Source of the DNA: Acidobacteriota bacterium
GTDB lineage: Bacteria > Acidobacteriota > Holophagae > Holophagales > Holophagaceae
Assembly (NCBI GenBank): GCA_043775845.1
Contig: JAYVRY010000069.1
Coordinates: forward strand, 17,568-81,567
DNA length: 64,000 nt
Reading direction: 5' to 3'
In this document: positions 20,650 to 30,861 of the stretch, one piece after another
How positions within the stretch are numbered: the stretch's first letter is position 1
Layout: each line of letters opens with the position of its first letter
Notes under the pieces: model-generated
The model's database searches: none
Told to the model about the DNA's origin: nothing
Seen by the model: only the letters and a program-made list of their open reading frames with translations
Program-made: the position numbers and the translations under genes

Positions 20650-21651
20650 ATGCACTACCGGAAGCCCTGTGGCAGCGTCCTGGAGGCCATCGGTAACACG
20701 CCGCTGGTCCGGTTGCGCCGCGTTGTTGACCATCTTCCGGTGGAGGTCTTCGCCAAGCTCGAATTCCTGAACCCCATGGGCAGCAGCAAGGACCGCATCT
20801 CAAAGTACATGATCGAGGCGGCGGAACGCGATGGGCGACTGAAACCCGGCGACATGATCATCGAAAATTCCTCGGGCAACACGGCCATGGGCCTGGCGCT
20901 CATGGCCATCCAGAAGGGCTACCAGCTCAAGGTCGTGGTGCGCGACACCATCTCCCAGGAAAAGCTCAATCAGCTGCTGGCGCTCGGTGTCATGGTTCAC
21001 AAGGTGGATACGAGCCTGCCGCCCGAGCACCCGGATAGCTACAACAACATCACGCCACGCTTGGCCCGGGAAACGCCCAACTGCTACTTTCCCGATCAGC
21101 ACGGCAACCGCGAGAACAACGCCGCCCACTACAGCGGCACCGGGCCTGAAATCTGGGAGCAAATGGAAGGCCGCATCGACTACTTCATCGCAGGCGCGGG
21201 CACCGGTGGCACCATCGGCGGCGTGGGCCGCTACCTGAAGGAGAAGGATCCCAACATCAAGGTGGTGGCGGTGGATCCCATCGGTTCCGTGTTCTCGCCC
21301 CACTTCCGCGGCGAGCAGGATCCCAAGGCCGGCCCTTACAAGCTTGAGGGCCTGGGCGATGAGTTTCTCATTCACACCATGGAATTCGACCTCATCGACG
21401 ACATGCGCCAGGTCACCGACCGCCAGGCCTTCCACCACGCGCGGCGACTGGTGCGGGAAGAAGGCATCCTGGGCGGCGGCTCCAGTGGCGCGGCCCTGTG
21501 GGCGGTGCTGCAAGTGGCCAAGGGATTGCCGCCCATGGACCGCCCGGGCCGCATCGTGACTGTGTTTCCCGATGGCGCCGGCCGCTACCTCAGCAGCATC
21601 TTCAACGATGCCTGGCTGGCCGAGCGCGGCCTCCTGGAACCCGAAGCATGA
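20650..21651 (+). CDS. PLP-dependent cysteine synthase / cystathionine beta-synthase family protein
   Basis: IGNTPLV, NPMGSSKDR, SSGNT, GTGGT, YKLEGLG, GGSSG. Confidence 0.9.
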   Translation: MHYRKPCGSVLEAIGNTPLVRLRRVVDHLPVEVFAKLEFLNPMGSSKDRISKYMIEAAERDGRLKPGDMIIENSSGNTAMGLALMAIQKGYQLKVVVRDTISQEKLNQLLALGVMVHKVDTSLPPEHPDSYNNITPRLARETPNCYFPDQHGNRENNAAHYSGTGPEIWEQMEGRIDYFIAGAGTGGTIGGVGRYLKEKDPNIKVVAVDPIGSVFSPHFRGEQDPKAGPYKLEGLGDEFLIHTMEFDLIDDMRQVTDRQAFHHARRLVREEGILGGGSSGAALWAVLQVAKGLPPMDRPGRIVTVFPDGAGRYLSSIFNDAWLAERGLLEPEA

Positions 21652-22610
21652 GCGCCTTCTCCGGCACCTACGTCGAGGCCATCCGCCAGGCACTGTTCGA
21701 TGCCATGGAGGCCGATGCCCGCGTGTGCTGCCTGGGCGAGGACATCGGCACCTACGGGGGGGCCTTCCGGGCCACCGAGGGCCTGCTGGACCGCTTCGGC
21801 GCCGACCGGGTGATGGACACGCCCATCTCCGAACAGGCCATCGCGGGCGCGGCCATTGGCGCGGCCCTCATGGGGCAGCGACCCGTGGCGGAGTTCCAGT
21901 TCATGGACTTCGCGTTGCTGGCCTCAGATCTCATGGTGAATTTCGCCGCCAAGGCCCATTGGCGCTGGGGCGCCAATGTGCCTGCCGTGTTCCGCGGCCC
22001 TTCCGGCGGTGGCAATGGCGGCGGCCCCTTCCACAGCCAGAATCCCGAAGGCCATTTTCTCGGAAGTCCCGGCCTGAAGGTGGTGGCGCCGGGCACCGTG
22101 CGCGATGCCTACGCCCTGCTCCGCGTCGCCATCGATGACCCCGATCCCGTGCTGTGCTTCGAGCACAAGCACCTCTATCGCCGCCTGAAGGATCAATGGG
22201 ACGAGCCTCCCACAGCGCGGCTGGGCGAGGCTGCCCTGCGCAAGGACGGCGCCTCGGCCTGCATCCTCACCTACGGCGCCGTCCAGCACGTGGCGCTGGA
22301 GGCCGTGGCCGATCTCGATGTGGCCGTGCTGGACCTGCGCACCCTCTGGCCCCTGGACGACGCCGCCATCGAGGCCCTGGTGAAGCGCACCCACCGAGTC
22401 ATGCTGCTCACCGAAGCCCCCTGCACCTATGGACCCAGCGCCGAGTGGGCGGCCCGCATCGGCGAGACCTGTTTCGCCTGGTTGGACGCGCCCATCCTGC
22501 GGGTGGGCGCCCCGGACACGCCCACCCCTGCCAGCCCGCCCCTGGAGGCGGCCTACCTGCCCAGCGCATCCCGAGTGCGGGCGGAGGCCGAGCGGTTGCT
22601 TTCATGGTGA
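21648..22610 (+). CDS. 2-oxoacid dehydrogenase E1 beta subunit
   Basis: GEDIGTYGGAFRAT, DTPISE, EFQFMDF, GPFHSQ, FEHK; ATGA overlap with the upstream gene. Confidence 0.93.
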   Translation: MSAFSGTYVEAIRQALFDAMEADARVCCLGEDIGTYGGAFRATEGLLDRFGADRVMDTPISEQAIAGAAIGAALMGQRPVAEFQFMDFALLASDLMVNFAAKAHWRWGANVPAVFRGPSGGGNGGGPFHSQNPEGHFLGSPGLKVVAPGTVRDAYALLRVAIDDPDPVLCFEHKHLYRRLKDQWDEPPTARLGEAALRKDGASACILTYGAVQHVALEAVADLDVAVLDLRTLWPLDDAAIEALVKRTHRVMLLTEAPCTYGPSAEWAARIGETCFAWLDAPILRVGAPDTPTPASPPLEAAYLPSASRVRAEAERLLSW

Positions 22611-22624
22611 GCGTGGGAGGCTTC

Positions 22625-23515
22625 ATGCGCGCTGTTGCTCTGGCCCTGATGACCGGCCTGTCCCTCGGGGCCCAATCACTCACCCTTACCTTCGACGATG
22701 GTCCCAATCGGGTGAAAACGCCCCGCCTCTCTCCCGAGGAACGGAACGAATCCATGCTCAAAGCCCTCCGCGACGAGAAGGTGCAGGCCATCGTCTTCGC
22801 GAACGGCATCGACGGAGGCGATACGGCTGAAGGGCGTGCCGCGCTTTCCGCATGGGGTCAAAACGGCCACCTGGTTGGCAACCACACTTATTCACACCTC
22901 CGCTTCTCCGATCTCGCCGCCTTCAAATCCGACTTCCTCCGCTGTGATGCCATGATCAGGCCGATCCCTGGCTACGAGCGGTTCTTCCGGTTCCCCTATC
23001 TCAAGGAAGGTCCCAACCTTGAGATGCGGGATGGCATGAGGAAGGCCTTGGCGGAAGCCGGATACCGGAACGCCCACGTCACCATTCCCACCTTTGATTG
23101 GCTCATCGATGAGCGCCTGCGCAGCCGCCTCCGCACAAACACCTTGGCGGAACTTGAACCCTATCGAACCTATTACGTCGAGAGCGTTCTGAACCAAGCC
23201 GACCGTGCGCGTTCCTTGGCTTTGAAACTGACGGGCCGAGAGGTGAAGCACGCCATCCTCCTTCACCACTGCCTCCTGAACGCGCTGTTCCTCCGCGACC
23301 TCATCCAAGCCCTGAAAGCCAACGGGTGGACCCTTGTGGGGCCAAGGGAGGCCTATGCCGATCCCATCTACACCTTGGAAACCACACGCCTGGACACAGA
23401 CGCCAACCTCCTCTCTACCCTTGCGCGGGAGCAGGGCCTGTTGCCCGGCAAGGCGGTGGGATTGGATGAGGCCTACGAACAAGAGAAGGCCGCCCTTCGG
23501 GAGGCGGGCCTATGA
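22625..23515 (+). CDS. Secreted CE4 polysaccharide deacetylase
   Basis: Signal peptide, TFDDGP, NHTYSH, RFPY, LLHH motifs; GGAGG RBS. Confidence 0.88.
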   Translation: MRAVALALMTGLSLGAQSLTLTFDDGPNRVKTPRLSPEERNESMLKALRDEKVQAIVFANGIDGGDTAEGRAALSAWGQNGHLVGNHTYSHLRFSDLAAFKSDFLRCDAMIRPIPGYERFFRFPYLKEGPNLEMRDGMRKALAEAGYRNAHVTIPTFDWLIDERLRSRLRTNTLAELEPYRTYYVESVLNQADRARSLALKLTGREVKHAILLHHCLLNALFLRDLIQALKANGWTLVGPREAYADPIYTLETTRLDTDANLLSTLAREQGLLPGKAVGLDEAYEQEKAALREAGL

Positions 23516-26076
23516 TGCCCCACATCCCCCCCGCGATGGTTCAGGTGTCGGCTCCTGAAACGGCGTTGCAACAGGGCCGGAAAGCCCTCTGGGCAGGCCA
23601 CCCCCTGGAAGCCCGGCGTCTGCTCGAGGATTGGCTGCTGACGCACCCTGACGATGCGGATGCGCATGTGACCGCCGGGTTCGCGGCCCTCCGCCTGGAC
23701 CGCGTGCGGGAGGCCACGGACCATTTCATCAAGGCTCTCCAGCACGCGCCAAATGACGCCGATGCCCGGTACGGATTAGGGCTCTCCCGGCTCCGCCAAG
23801 GGCGGAACAAGGAAGCCCGGGTCGAACTGGAGAAGGCCCTGAGCCTGGAGCCGACCCGTTCAGACCTGAAGGAGGCGGTGGAGCGAGCCAAGGTCCTGTC
23901 TCCCGATCCGCCGCCCCCCATGGCACCGCTGGTGCGTCCCAAGAACCTGCAGATGCCCGCTCGCGTCAAAGGCAAGAAAATCGAAGTGGCAGACGCGCAT
24001 GGGGCATGGCGCGCCTGCTTCATCAAGGGGATGAACCTGGGCGCCGCCCTTCCCGGGAAATACCCCAGCCAGTTTCCAGACAAAAAGACCTATGCGGGCT
24101 GGATCGATGACATGGCTGAAGTGGGGGTGAACGCGATCCGTGTCTACACCATCCATCCCCCGGCTTTCTACGAAGCGCTGGCCGAGTACAACGCCAAGGC
24201 CGCGAAACCCATATGGCTCATCCACGGCGTTTGGACCGAGCTGCCGCCCGAGGATGACTTCCGCAACGAAGGCTGGTGGTCCCAATGGCGCACGGAGATG
24301 AGGAAGGTGGTGGACCTCCTCCACGGCCGGGCCGATATCGAACCAGAACCAGGCCACGCCGCTGGCGCCTACCGGGCTGATGTATCGAGATGGACCCTGG
24401 CCATCATCCTTGGCCGGGAATGGGAGCCCTACAGCGTGGAAGCCTATAACGCCCTCCATCCCGGCTTGAGCGATCACCAGGGGCGTTTCCTGTCCGTCAA
24501 GCAGGGGAACGCGACTGAAGTGTTCATGACCGTGGCCATGGACTATTTCCTGGATTACGAATTCGACACCTATCACGCGCAACGCCCGCTCGCCTACACG
24601 AACTGGCCCACCCTTGATCCACTGACCCACCCGACAGAATCCACCAAGGATGAAGAGCTGGCGTGGCGGCAGAAGCTCGGCCTTCCCATCAGCAAGAGCC
24701 AGATTCGAGAGTACGACAACGACTCCATTGGCCTGGACATGGAGAAAATGGATCTACTCCCCACCTGCAAAGCAGGCCTTTTCGCCAGCTATCACGCGTA
24801 TCCCTACTATCCCGATTTCCTCAATCTCGACCCTGAATACGCCAAAGGCCGGGATGCGGAAGGCCCCAACAATTACTTCACCTACCTACAGGACCTGGTG
24901 AAGCACCACCGCAAATACCCGGTGGTGATCTCCGAATTTGGCGTGCCCAGTTCACGGCTGGTGGCCCACTGGCAGGCTCAGGGCATGACCCACGGCGGGC
25001 AATCCGAGCGCGAGCAGGGAGAGCAGGATGCCCGTCTTTTCCGAAACATCCACGACTCCGGCTGTGCGGGGGGCATGCTCTTCGCCTGGATCGACGAGTG
25101 GTTCAAGAAGAACTGGCTCGTCATCGAATACGAAGTTCCGCTGGACCGGAAGCCCCTCTGGTACAACGCGCTGGACGCGGAAGAAAACTACGGCCTCATC
25201 GCCTACCGTCCGGGCTCTCCCGCTTCAGCCATCCAGATCGATGGCAAGGCCACAGACTGGACGACGGTACCCGATTATCTCGCCGGTCCCGATCTGCGGA
25301 TGAAGGCCGTGGCTGACGAAGGCTGGTTGAACCTGGGCCTGTTCTTCAAGGGGCCGGTGCCCGACTGGACCAAGGAGGGCTTCGCCGTGGGGATCGACAC
25401 CCATGACACCGCGCAGGGGGACCACCGCTTCCCCTGGGGACTGGGCCTGCGCTCCCAGGCCGGCCTGGAGTTCCTGGTGCGCTTCCAAGGCAACCAAAGC
25501 GCGCTCTATGTGGACGCCCCCTACGACCTATTCACCCACCGCTTGGATCGGCCCATTCGAAGCGTGGATAACGATGCGGGCAACTTCCTCATGCCGCGGA
25601 CTGAAAGCAACCGCTTCCGAATCGGCCGGGATGGCACACGGTTCCAGGGACATCAGCAAGAAATCGGTTGGCTCCGCCGAGGCACCCAGGACCGCAAGGA
25701 TCCCGCCTTCGATTCCCGATCGGAGTGGATGGAAGGAGATGCGGGCGGTGGTTGGAGCTTCCTGGAAGCCCGCATTCCCTGGGGCATGTTGAATGTCACC
25801 GACCCCAGCGCGCGCCGCGTCATCCGGGATTCGATGCCACCGGGCGATGACATCGGCACGGCAGTGACCGAAGGTTTTCGCCTCAGCCTGGTGAGGTTCC
25901 ACACCGATGGCTCTGACGCCCTCAGGCCCTCGTCGACCCTGCCTGCCCTTCGAGATGGGCTGCTCCCCCTTTCGCCGCTCTTCACCTGGCCCGGATGGGA
26001 GCGCCCAACCTACCACCGCGTTCGCAAGCAGTCTTTTGATCTCATCAAAGACTGCCTGCACAGCCTCCCGGAATAA
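23512..26076 (+). CDS. TPR plus TIM-barrel glycoside hydrolase-like protein (clan GH-A/GH2-like)
   Basis: N-terminal TPRs; KGMNLG, NAIRVYT, GREWE, YHAYPYYP, ISEFG, FAWIDEWFK. Confidence 0.75.
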   Translation: MMPHIPPAMVQVSAPETALQQGRKALWAGHPLEARRLLEDWLLTHPDDADAHVTAGFAALRLDRVREATDHFIKALQHAPNDADARYGLGLSRLRQGRNKEARVELEKALSLEPTRSDLKEAVERAKVLSPDPPPPMAPLVRPKNLQMPARVKGKKIEVADAHGAWRACFIKGMNLGAALPGKYPSQFPDKKTYAGWIDDMAEVGVNAIRVYTIHPPAFYEALAEYNAKAAKPIWLIHGVWTELPPEDDFRNEGWWSQWRTEMRKVVDLLHGRADIEPEPGHAAGAYRADVSRWTLAIILGREWEPYSVEAYNALHPGLSDHQGRFLSVKQGNATEVFMTVAMDYFLDYEFDTYHAQRPLAYTNWPTLDPLTHPTESTKDEELAWRQKLGLPISKSQIREYDNDSIGLDMEKMDLLPTCKAGLFASYHAYPYYPDFLNLDPEYAKGRDAEGPNNYFTYLQDLVKHHRKYPVVISEFGVPSSRLVAHWQAQGMTHGGQSEREQGEQDARLFRNIHDSGCAGGMLFAWIDEWFKKNWLVIEYEVPLDRKPLWYNALDAEENYGLIAYRPGSPASAIQIDGKATDWTTVPDYLAGPDLRMKAVADEGWLNLGLFFKGPVPDWTKEGFAVGIDTHDTAQGDHRFPWGLGLRSQAGLEFLVRFQGNQSALYVDAPYDLFTHRLDRPIRSVDNDAGNFLMPRTESNRFRIGRDGTRFQGHQQEIGWLRRGTQDRKDPAFDSRSEWMEGDAGGGWSFLEARIPWGMLNVTDPSARRVIRDSMPPGDDIGTAVTEGFRLSLVRFHTDGSDALRPSSTLPALRDGLLPLSPLFTWPGWERPTYHRVRKQSFDLIKDCLHSLPE

Positions 26077-26085
26077 GGAACCTCC

Positions 26086-27804
26086 ATGCATGCGCCGTCC
26101 CTTCCGCCAGCCGTCGTCGAGGAGCAAGCCCCTGAAGCCCTTGGCACCCTACTGGCACGGGGCCGGAAGTTCCGCGATCTCGGCCAGCTGACCGAAGCCA
26201 TCCGGGCCTATGACGCCATGCTGGCCCAGGTGCCAGACCATGAAACGGCACTGCTCGAACGGGCGGAAACCCTCGGATGGGCCGGACGGTTTGCCGCCTC
26301 TCGGGAGGGCTATCTGGCATTCCGGACATGCCATCCCGCCCGGGCCTTCACCGCGGACCTGGCCCTGGCCCGTCTCGCCGCTTGGCAAGATCACGGCGCC
26401 GAAGCCTTGGTCATCCTCGACCCTTGGGTCAAGCAGGAACAACGGCAGGCAATCCTGGATGCCGCCACCTACCTCAGCTGGAGCGGACGGCTGCCCGAAA
26501 GCCTGGCCCGGATCCGCCGCTGGATCGTGGGCCACCCTGAGGACCGTCAGGCCGCGCTGCTCGAAGCCAGGGTCCTTTCCTGGTCGGGCCAGAATGCGAA
26601 GGCCCGGGCGGCCTTCCACCGTGTCTTGGCAGTCTCCAAGGGTGACCGCGAAGCCCTGGCAGGCCTGACCCGGCTGAGTCTGTGGGAAGGCGACACGCGG
26701 GAAGCTCGGCGAATCATGAACCAGATGCCTCCAGAGGCCCTGGCCCATCCCGATGCCCAGGTCATCCTCGCCCAGGTGGAGGTGGCTGAAGGCCGGACCC
26801 GCTCTGGTTTCAGGCGAGCCCTAACCCAATCCTCGGGGGGCCAAGCTCAACGCGACGCAGAGGAACTGCGGGATGACCTGGTTCGCTCTTTCGGACCATG
26901 GATAGAGGTCTCAACCAGCCAAACCGACACAAGCGAGGGCCTTCGAACCGAGAACCCAGGCATTCGCGCCAGGGTACCCCTGGGGGATGGGTGCCTGAAT
27001 GTCGGCGAGACGACGCGCCGCAGCGATTTGCAGGGAACCCGGCACCAGCCCACGGAGACGAACCTAGGCCTCTCTTATCCATTGGGCCTGGGCATCAATG
27101 CCTCGGGCTCGGCGAGCCGAGTCTCCAACGCGGGAGGCGAGCCCGCCTGGGGCTACGCCCTGGGCCTCGGGTACACACCCCTTCCTGGGGTGGACCTGAG
27201 CCTCGCCCGCGAACGAAGCCTCGTCCTCTCCACGCCCCAGGCCGTGCCCCTCCGAACCGCCATCGTGGCCACTGACCTAGGCGCCACTTGGCGCTTCGGC
27301 CAAGGAAGACACGCGCTCAGTGGTGGATTGGGTCAAGCCGATGTCGCATCCGATGGCGGTGGAACCAACCAGACCTCCACGCGCCACAGCCACATGGCCT
27401 CTTACGAATACCGATTCCCGGTCGCCGCCTTGGATGTCCGAGGGGGCCTGTTGACCCGCAGCTTTGGCTACAGTCAAACCCTAGCCTTGGGGTTCTTCAA
27501 CCCCGAACATTACCGATGGCACGGCGCGTTTGGCAGCGCAGCTTGGCGCCGGGGCCGCGTCTTTGAGCTGGCGACAGGGGCCCAAGTCGGCAACCAATTC
27601 GTGAACGGCGTCGCATCTCAATTCACATGGTCCTATCGATTGGGCATGACCTGGAGCCCATCCTTCTGGCCCCTTGACCTTTCCCTCTCCTGGAACCAAA
27701 GCCGGGCGGGCCTCCCCGTGACAGCCCCGCTCGACCCCAGTGCCTACCGGGAACACACGTTCGGCATGGCCCTCAAGTACCGCGGCAAGCAAGGGATATG
27801 GTGA
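26086..27804 (+). CDS. TPR plus C-terminal outer-membrane beta-barrel (PgaA/BcsC/YaiO-like export porin)
   Basis: TPRs (ARVLSWSG); alternating beta-strand C-half with GFFNP and a terminal aromatic residue (GIW). Confidence 0.7.
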   Translation: MHAPSLPPAVVEEQAPEALGTLLARGRKFRDLGQLTEAIRAYDAMLAQVPDHETALLERAETLGWAGRFAASREGYLAFRTCHPARAFTADLALARLAAWQDHGAEALVILDPWVKQEQRQAILDAATYLSWSGRLPESLARIRRWIVGHPEDRQAALLEARVLSWSGQNAKARAAFHRVLAVSKGDREALAGLTRLSLWEGDTREARRIMNQMPPEALAHPDAQVILAQVEVAEGRTRSGFRRALTQSSGGQAQRDAEELRDDLVRSFGPWIEVSTSQTDTSEGLRTENPGIRARVPLGDGCLNVGETTRRSDLQGTRHQPTETNLGLSYPLGLGINASGSASRVSNAGGEPAWGYALGLGYTPLPGVDLSLARERSLVLSTPQAVPLRTAIVATDLGATWRFGQGRHALSGGLGQADVASDGGGTNQTSTRHSHMASYEYRFPVAALDVRGGLLTRSFGYSQTLALGFFNPEHYRWHGAFGSAAWRRGRVFELATGAQVGNQFVNGVASQFTWSYRLGMTWSPSFWPLDLSLSWNQSRAGLPVTAPLDPSAYREHTFGMALKYRGKQGIW

Positions 27805-27825
27805 AAGCCTTGCTAGACTTGAATG

Positions 27826-28230
27826 ATGAGTCGAGCCTGGCCAGAAAACACTCGGGTTCTAGTCGTCGAAGACGACCAGGCCACAGCGCGCCTCATCCAG
27901 GCGCGCCTGGAGATGGAAGGCCTGACGGTCTTCGTGGCCTTCAACGGTGTTGAAGGGTTGGAGATCCTCCACCGCGAAGACATCCACCTGATCACCACGG
28001 ACCTCATGATGCCCGCCATGAATGGATTCAGGCTGGTCCAGGAAGTGCGCGACCTGCCTCCGCCCAAGGGGAGGGTGCCGATCCTGCTCATCTCGAGCAA
28101 TCAGAACGAACAAGACATGGTGCGCTGCCTGGCCGCGGGCGCTGACGATTACATGACCAAACCCATCTCCGCCCAGGTGCTGATGGAACGCCTCTGGCGC
28201 ATGCATCAGCGCAGCCACGCCACGGGCTGA
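27826..28230 (+). CDS. Single-domain response regulator (receiver only)
   Basis: VLVVEDD, DLMMPAMNG, GADDYMTKP; no output domain. Confidence 0.92.
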   Translation: MSRAWPENTRVLVVEDDQATARLIQARLEMEGLTVFVAFNGVEGLEILHREDIHLITTDLMMPAMNGFRLVQEVRDLPPPKGRVPILLISSNQNEQDMVRCLAAGADDYMTKPISAQVLMERLWRMHQRSHATG

Positions 28231-28238
28231 GGGCGGCC

Positions 28239-29318
28239 ATGCATCTGCCCCCAAAGCTGGCACTCCAGATTCTGGTCTGGGGGACGCTTCTGCTGGGCAG
28301 CCTCGTGACCGCCCTGGTCATGTTGGGTGCCGTCATCCAGTTCCGGAAGGACCGGCAGAACCGCCACCGCATCGAACGCTACCAAGCCTGGGAACACGCC
28401 CTGGCCGCCTACCTGTTCAGCGGCAGCGATTCACCAGGGCCCTTCCCTCGGATCGCCAAGAAGGACCAGGGCCTCTTCGAGAAATTCCTGGCCAGGTACC
28501 ACGCCACCCTGGCGGGACAAGAGGCGGAGGCCCTGCGGGGCCTCTACCTGGGCCTCAACCTGCATGAAAGCCTGCCTCGCCGGTTGAAGCACAGGCTCGC
28601 CACCATCCGCGCCCAGGCCGCCCAAGAGATCGGCGCCTTCCGCCTCGTTGACTACCTCGAACAGACCGTCCCGCTGCTGCATGATCCCATTCCCTATGTG
28701 TCGCACCTGGCCGCCCTGGCCCTGACTCGCAACGGCGACCTGCGGTACGCCCGGCCCGTGCTCGACTGGGTGCTGCGCGAGGAACACTACCAACGAGAGC
28801 GCTTGCTGCGAGTGCTTGAAGGCTTCGGCCCTGACCTCCTTCCCTGGCTGGAAATGAATTTAGAACCGCCGGAGACGGCGCCCGGGCCATGGATTCTCTT
28901 CGCGCTCCTGGCGGGCTCCCTCCGCCATCGCGAAAGCGAACCCCGCCTGCTGGAACTGCTTGACCAGCCCAATCTGGATATTCAAGCCTCGGTCTTGAAG
29001 TCCCTTGGGGCCCTGGGCGATCCACGCACCTTCCGCCACGTGGAGCCGTTGACCCGGCATGAAGCCTGGCTCATCAGGGCGCAGGCCGCCAAGGCCCTGG
29101 GGCTCATCAGCGGGCCTGACGCCATTCCAACTCTCCTTGAACTGACCAGCGATCCCGTGTACGAAGTGCGCCGCAACGCCGCTCAGGGCCTGGCGGATCT
29201 CGGCCATGCGGGAACCTCGGCCCTGTCCTGGATCGCCGGGGATCCCACGGCCGACCGCTTTTCGCGGGACATCGCCCTTGAGCGCCTCGAGTGGGCGAAT
29301 GAGCGGGGGCATCAGTGA
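28239..29318 (+). CDS. Membrane-anchored HEAT-repeat protein
   Basis: N-terminal TM; repeats IRAQAAQEIG, IRAQAAKALG, VRRNAAQGLA. Confidence 0.85.
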   Translation: MHLPPKLALQILVWGTLLLGSLVTALVMLGAVIQFRKDRQNRHRIERYQAWEHALAAYLFSGSDSPGPFPRIAKKDQGLFEKFLARYHATLAGQEAEALRGLYLGLNLHESLPRRLKHRLATIRAQAAQEIGAFRLVDYLEQTVPLLHDPIPYVSHLAALALTRNGDLRYARPVLDWVLREEHYQRERLLRVLEGFGPDLLPWLEMNLEPPETAPGPWILFALLAGSLRHRESEPRLLELLDQPNLDIQASVLKSLGALGDPRTFRHVEPLTRHEAWLIRAQAAKALGLISGPDAIPTLLELTSDPVYEVRRNAAQGLADLGHAGTSALSWIAGDPTADRFSRDIALERLEWANERGHQ

Positions 29319-30736
29319 GCTTCCGCGGCTTCCTCACCGTCCTTGTCGAATGGGGGATCCTTGGCTATTTTCTAGCCCTCCACCTCACCCACCTGTCGCT
29401 GATCCTCCGCGCCTTCTTTTCCATCCGCGGGTACCTGGATGAAGTGGAAACCGATCGCCTCGACACCGCCTTCGAGACCAGCCACTACAAGCCCATGACC
29501 CTCATCTGCCCCGCCTACAACGAAGAGGCGGGCGTCGTGCCCAGCGTGAACAGCCTCATCAGCCTCCGCTATCCCGAATTCCAGGTGGTGGTGGTGAACG
29601 ACGGCAGCAAGGACGCCACCCTCGCCAAGCTCATCGAGGCCTTCAAACTCAAGCCCAGCCATCGCGTGCTTCGCCAGCTCCTGCCCACCAAGGAGGTCCT
29701 CACCATCTACGAAAGCGCCTACGTGCCGAATCTCATGGTGGTGGACAAGGCCAATGGCGGTAAAGCCGATGCTCTCAACTGCGGCGTGAACCTGGCCCGT
29801 TATCCACTGGTGTGCTGCATGGACGGCGACAGTCTGCTGGAGAACGATTCGCTCCTGCGCATCGCCCGGCCCTTCATGGACCGGCCCAATCTGGTGGCTT
29901 CCGGCGGCGTCATCCGTCCCCTGAACGGCTGCAAAGTCACCACCATGGGCATCCGCGGCATTCATCTACCGGACTCCTGGCTGGCGCGCTTCCAGATCGT
30001 CGAATACCTGCGGGCCTTCCTATTCGGCCGTGTGGGCCTCGCCTCGCTGGACACCATGTTCATCGTGAGCGGCGCTTTCGGGGTGTTCCGCAAGGATCTG
30101 GTGGTGAAAGCAGGCGGCTTCGAGACCGCCACCATCGGCGAGGATTTTGAACTGGTCGTGCGCATGCACCGCTGCCTGCGCGAGTGGAAGCTGCCCTATC
30201 ACATCACGCTCGTGCCCGACCCCGTCTGCTGGACCGAGGTGCCCGAGGATGCCAGTGTGCTGGGGCGGCAGCGGAACCGCTGGCAGCGCGGCCTGCTGGA
30301 AACCCTCTGGAAGCACCGCCGCATGTGGTTCAACCCGACATACGGCCGCGTGGGGCTCTTCTCCATGCCCTATTTCATTTTCTTCGAGGCGTTGGCGCCC
30401 ATCATCGAGGTGACGGGATACGTGGTGTTCGTGTGGTCCTTGTGGAGCCATTCCATCAACAGCGCCTTCGCCATCTTGTTCATCTATGTGGCCCTTCTGC
30501 TGGGCGTTCTGAATTCCGTGGTGTCCGTGGTCCTCCAAGAAATCAGCGGCCACCGGTACCAGGGCTTCAAGGCCTGGTCGCTGCTGCTTTTCACCGCCGT
30601 GGCGGAAAATTTCGGCTACCGGCAGATGACCGTGTGGTGGCGATTGAAGGGCACCATCGACTGGGTCCGCGGCAAGGATGGCTGGGGGCAAATGAAACGA
30701 AAGGGCATTGGGCCTCAGTCGACACCGGCGCCTTGA
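29315..30736 (+). CDS. Processive GT2 glycosyltransferase (PgaC/IcaA/chitin synthase-like)
   Basis: PAYNEE, NDGSKD, GGKADALN, DGD, GED, QRNRW; N- and C-terminal TM helices; GTGA overlap. Confidence 0.92.
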   Translation: MSFRGFLTVLVEWGILGYFLALHLTHLSLILRAFFSIRGYLDEVETDRLDTAFETSHYKPMTLICPAYNEEAGVVPSVNSLISLRYPEFQVVVVNDGSKDATLAKLIEAFKLKPSHRVLRQLLPTKEVLTIYESAYVPNLMVVDKANGGKADALNCGVNLARYPLVCCMDGDSLLENDSLLRIARPFMDRPNLVASGGVIRPLNGCKVTTMGIRGIHLPDSWLARFQIVEYLRAFLFGRVGLASLDTMFIVSGAFGVFRKDLVVKAGGFETATIGEDFELVVRMHRCLREWKLPYHITLVPDPVCWTEVPEDASVLGRQRNRWQRGLLETLWKHRRMWFNPTYGRVGLFSMPYFIFFEALAPIIEVTGYVVFVWSLWSHSINSAFAILFIYVALLLGVLNSVVSVVLQEISGHRYQGFKAWSLLLFTAVAENFGYRQMTVWWRLKGTIDWVRGKDGWGQMKRKGIGPQSTPAP

Positions 30737-30861
30737 TTGGGGGCCCACCCGGCCGTGGAATCGGGGTTCCATGGGGTTAGCGCCCAGGCCCGCTGGCAGG
30801 TGCCCTGGCCCCTTGGCGCAAGTTCATGGAGACACGAAAAGCTTACTGCTACCCTCCCATC

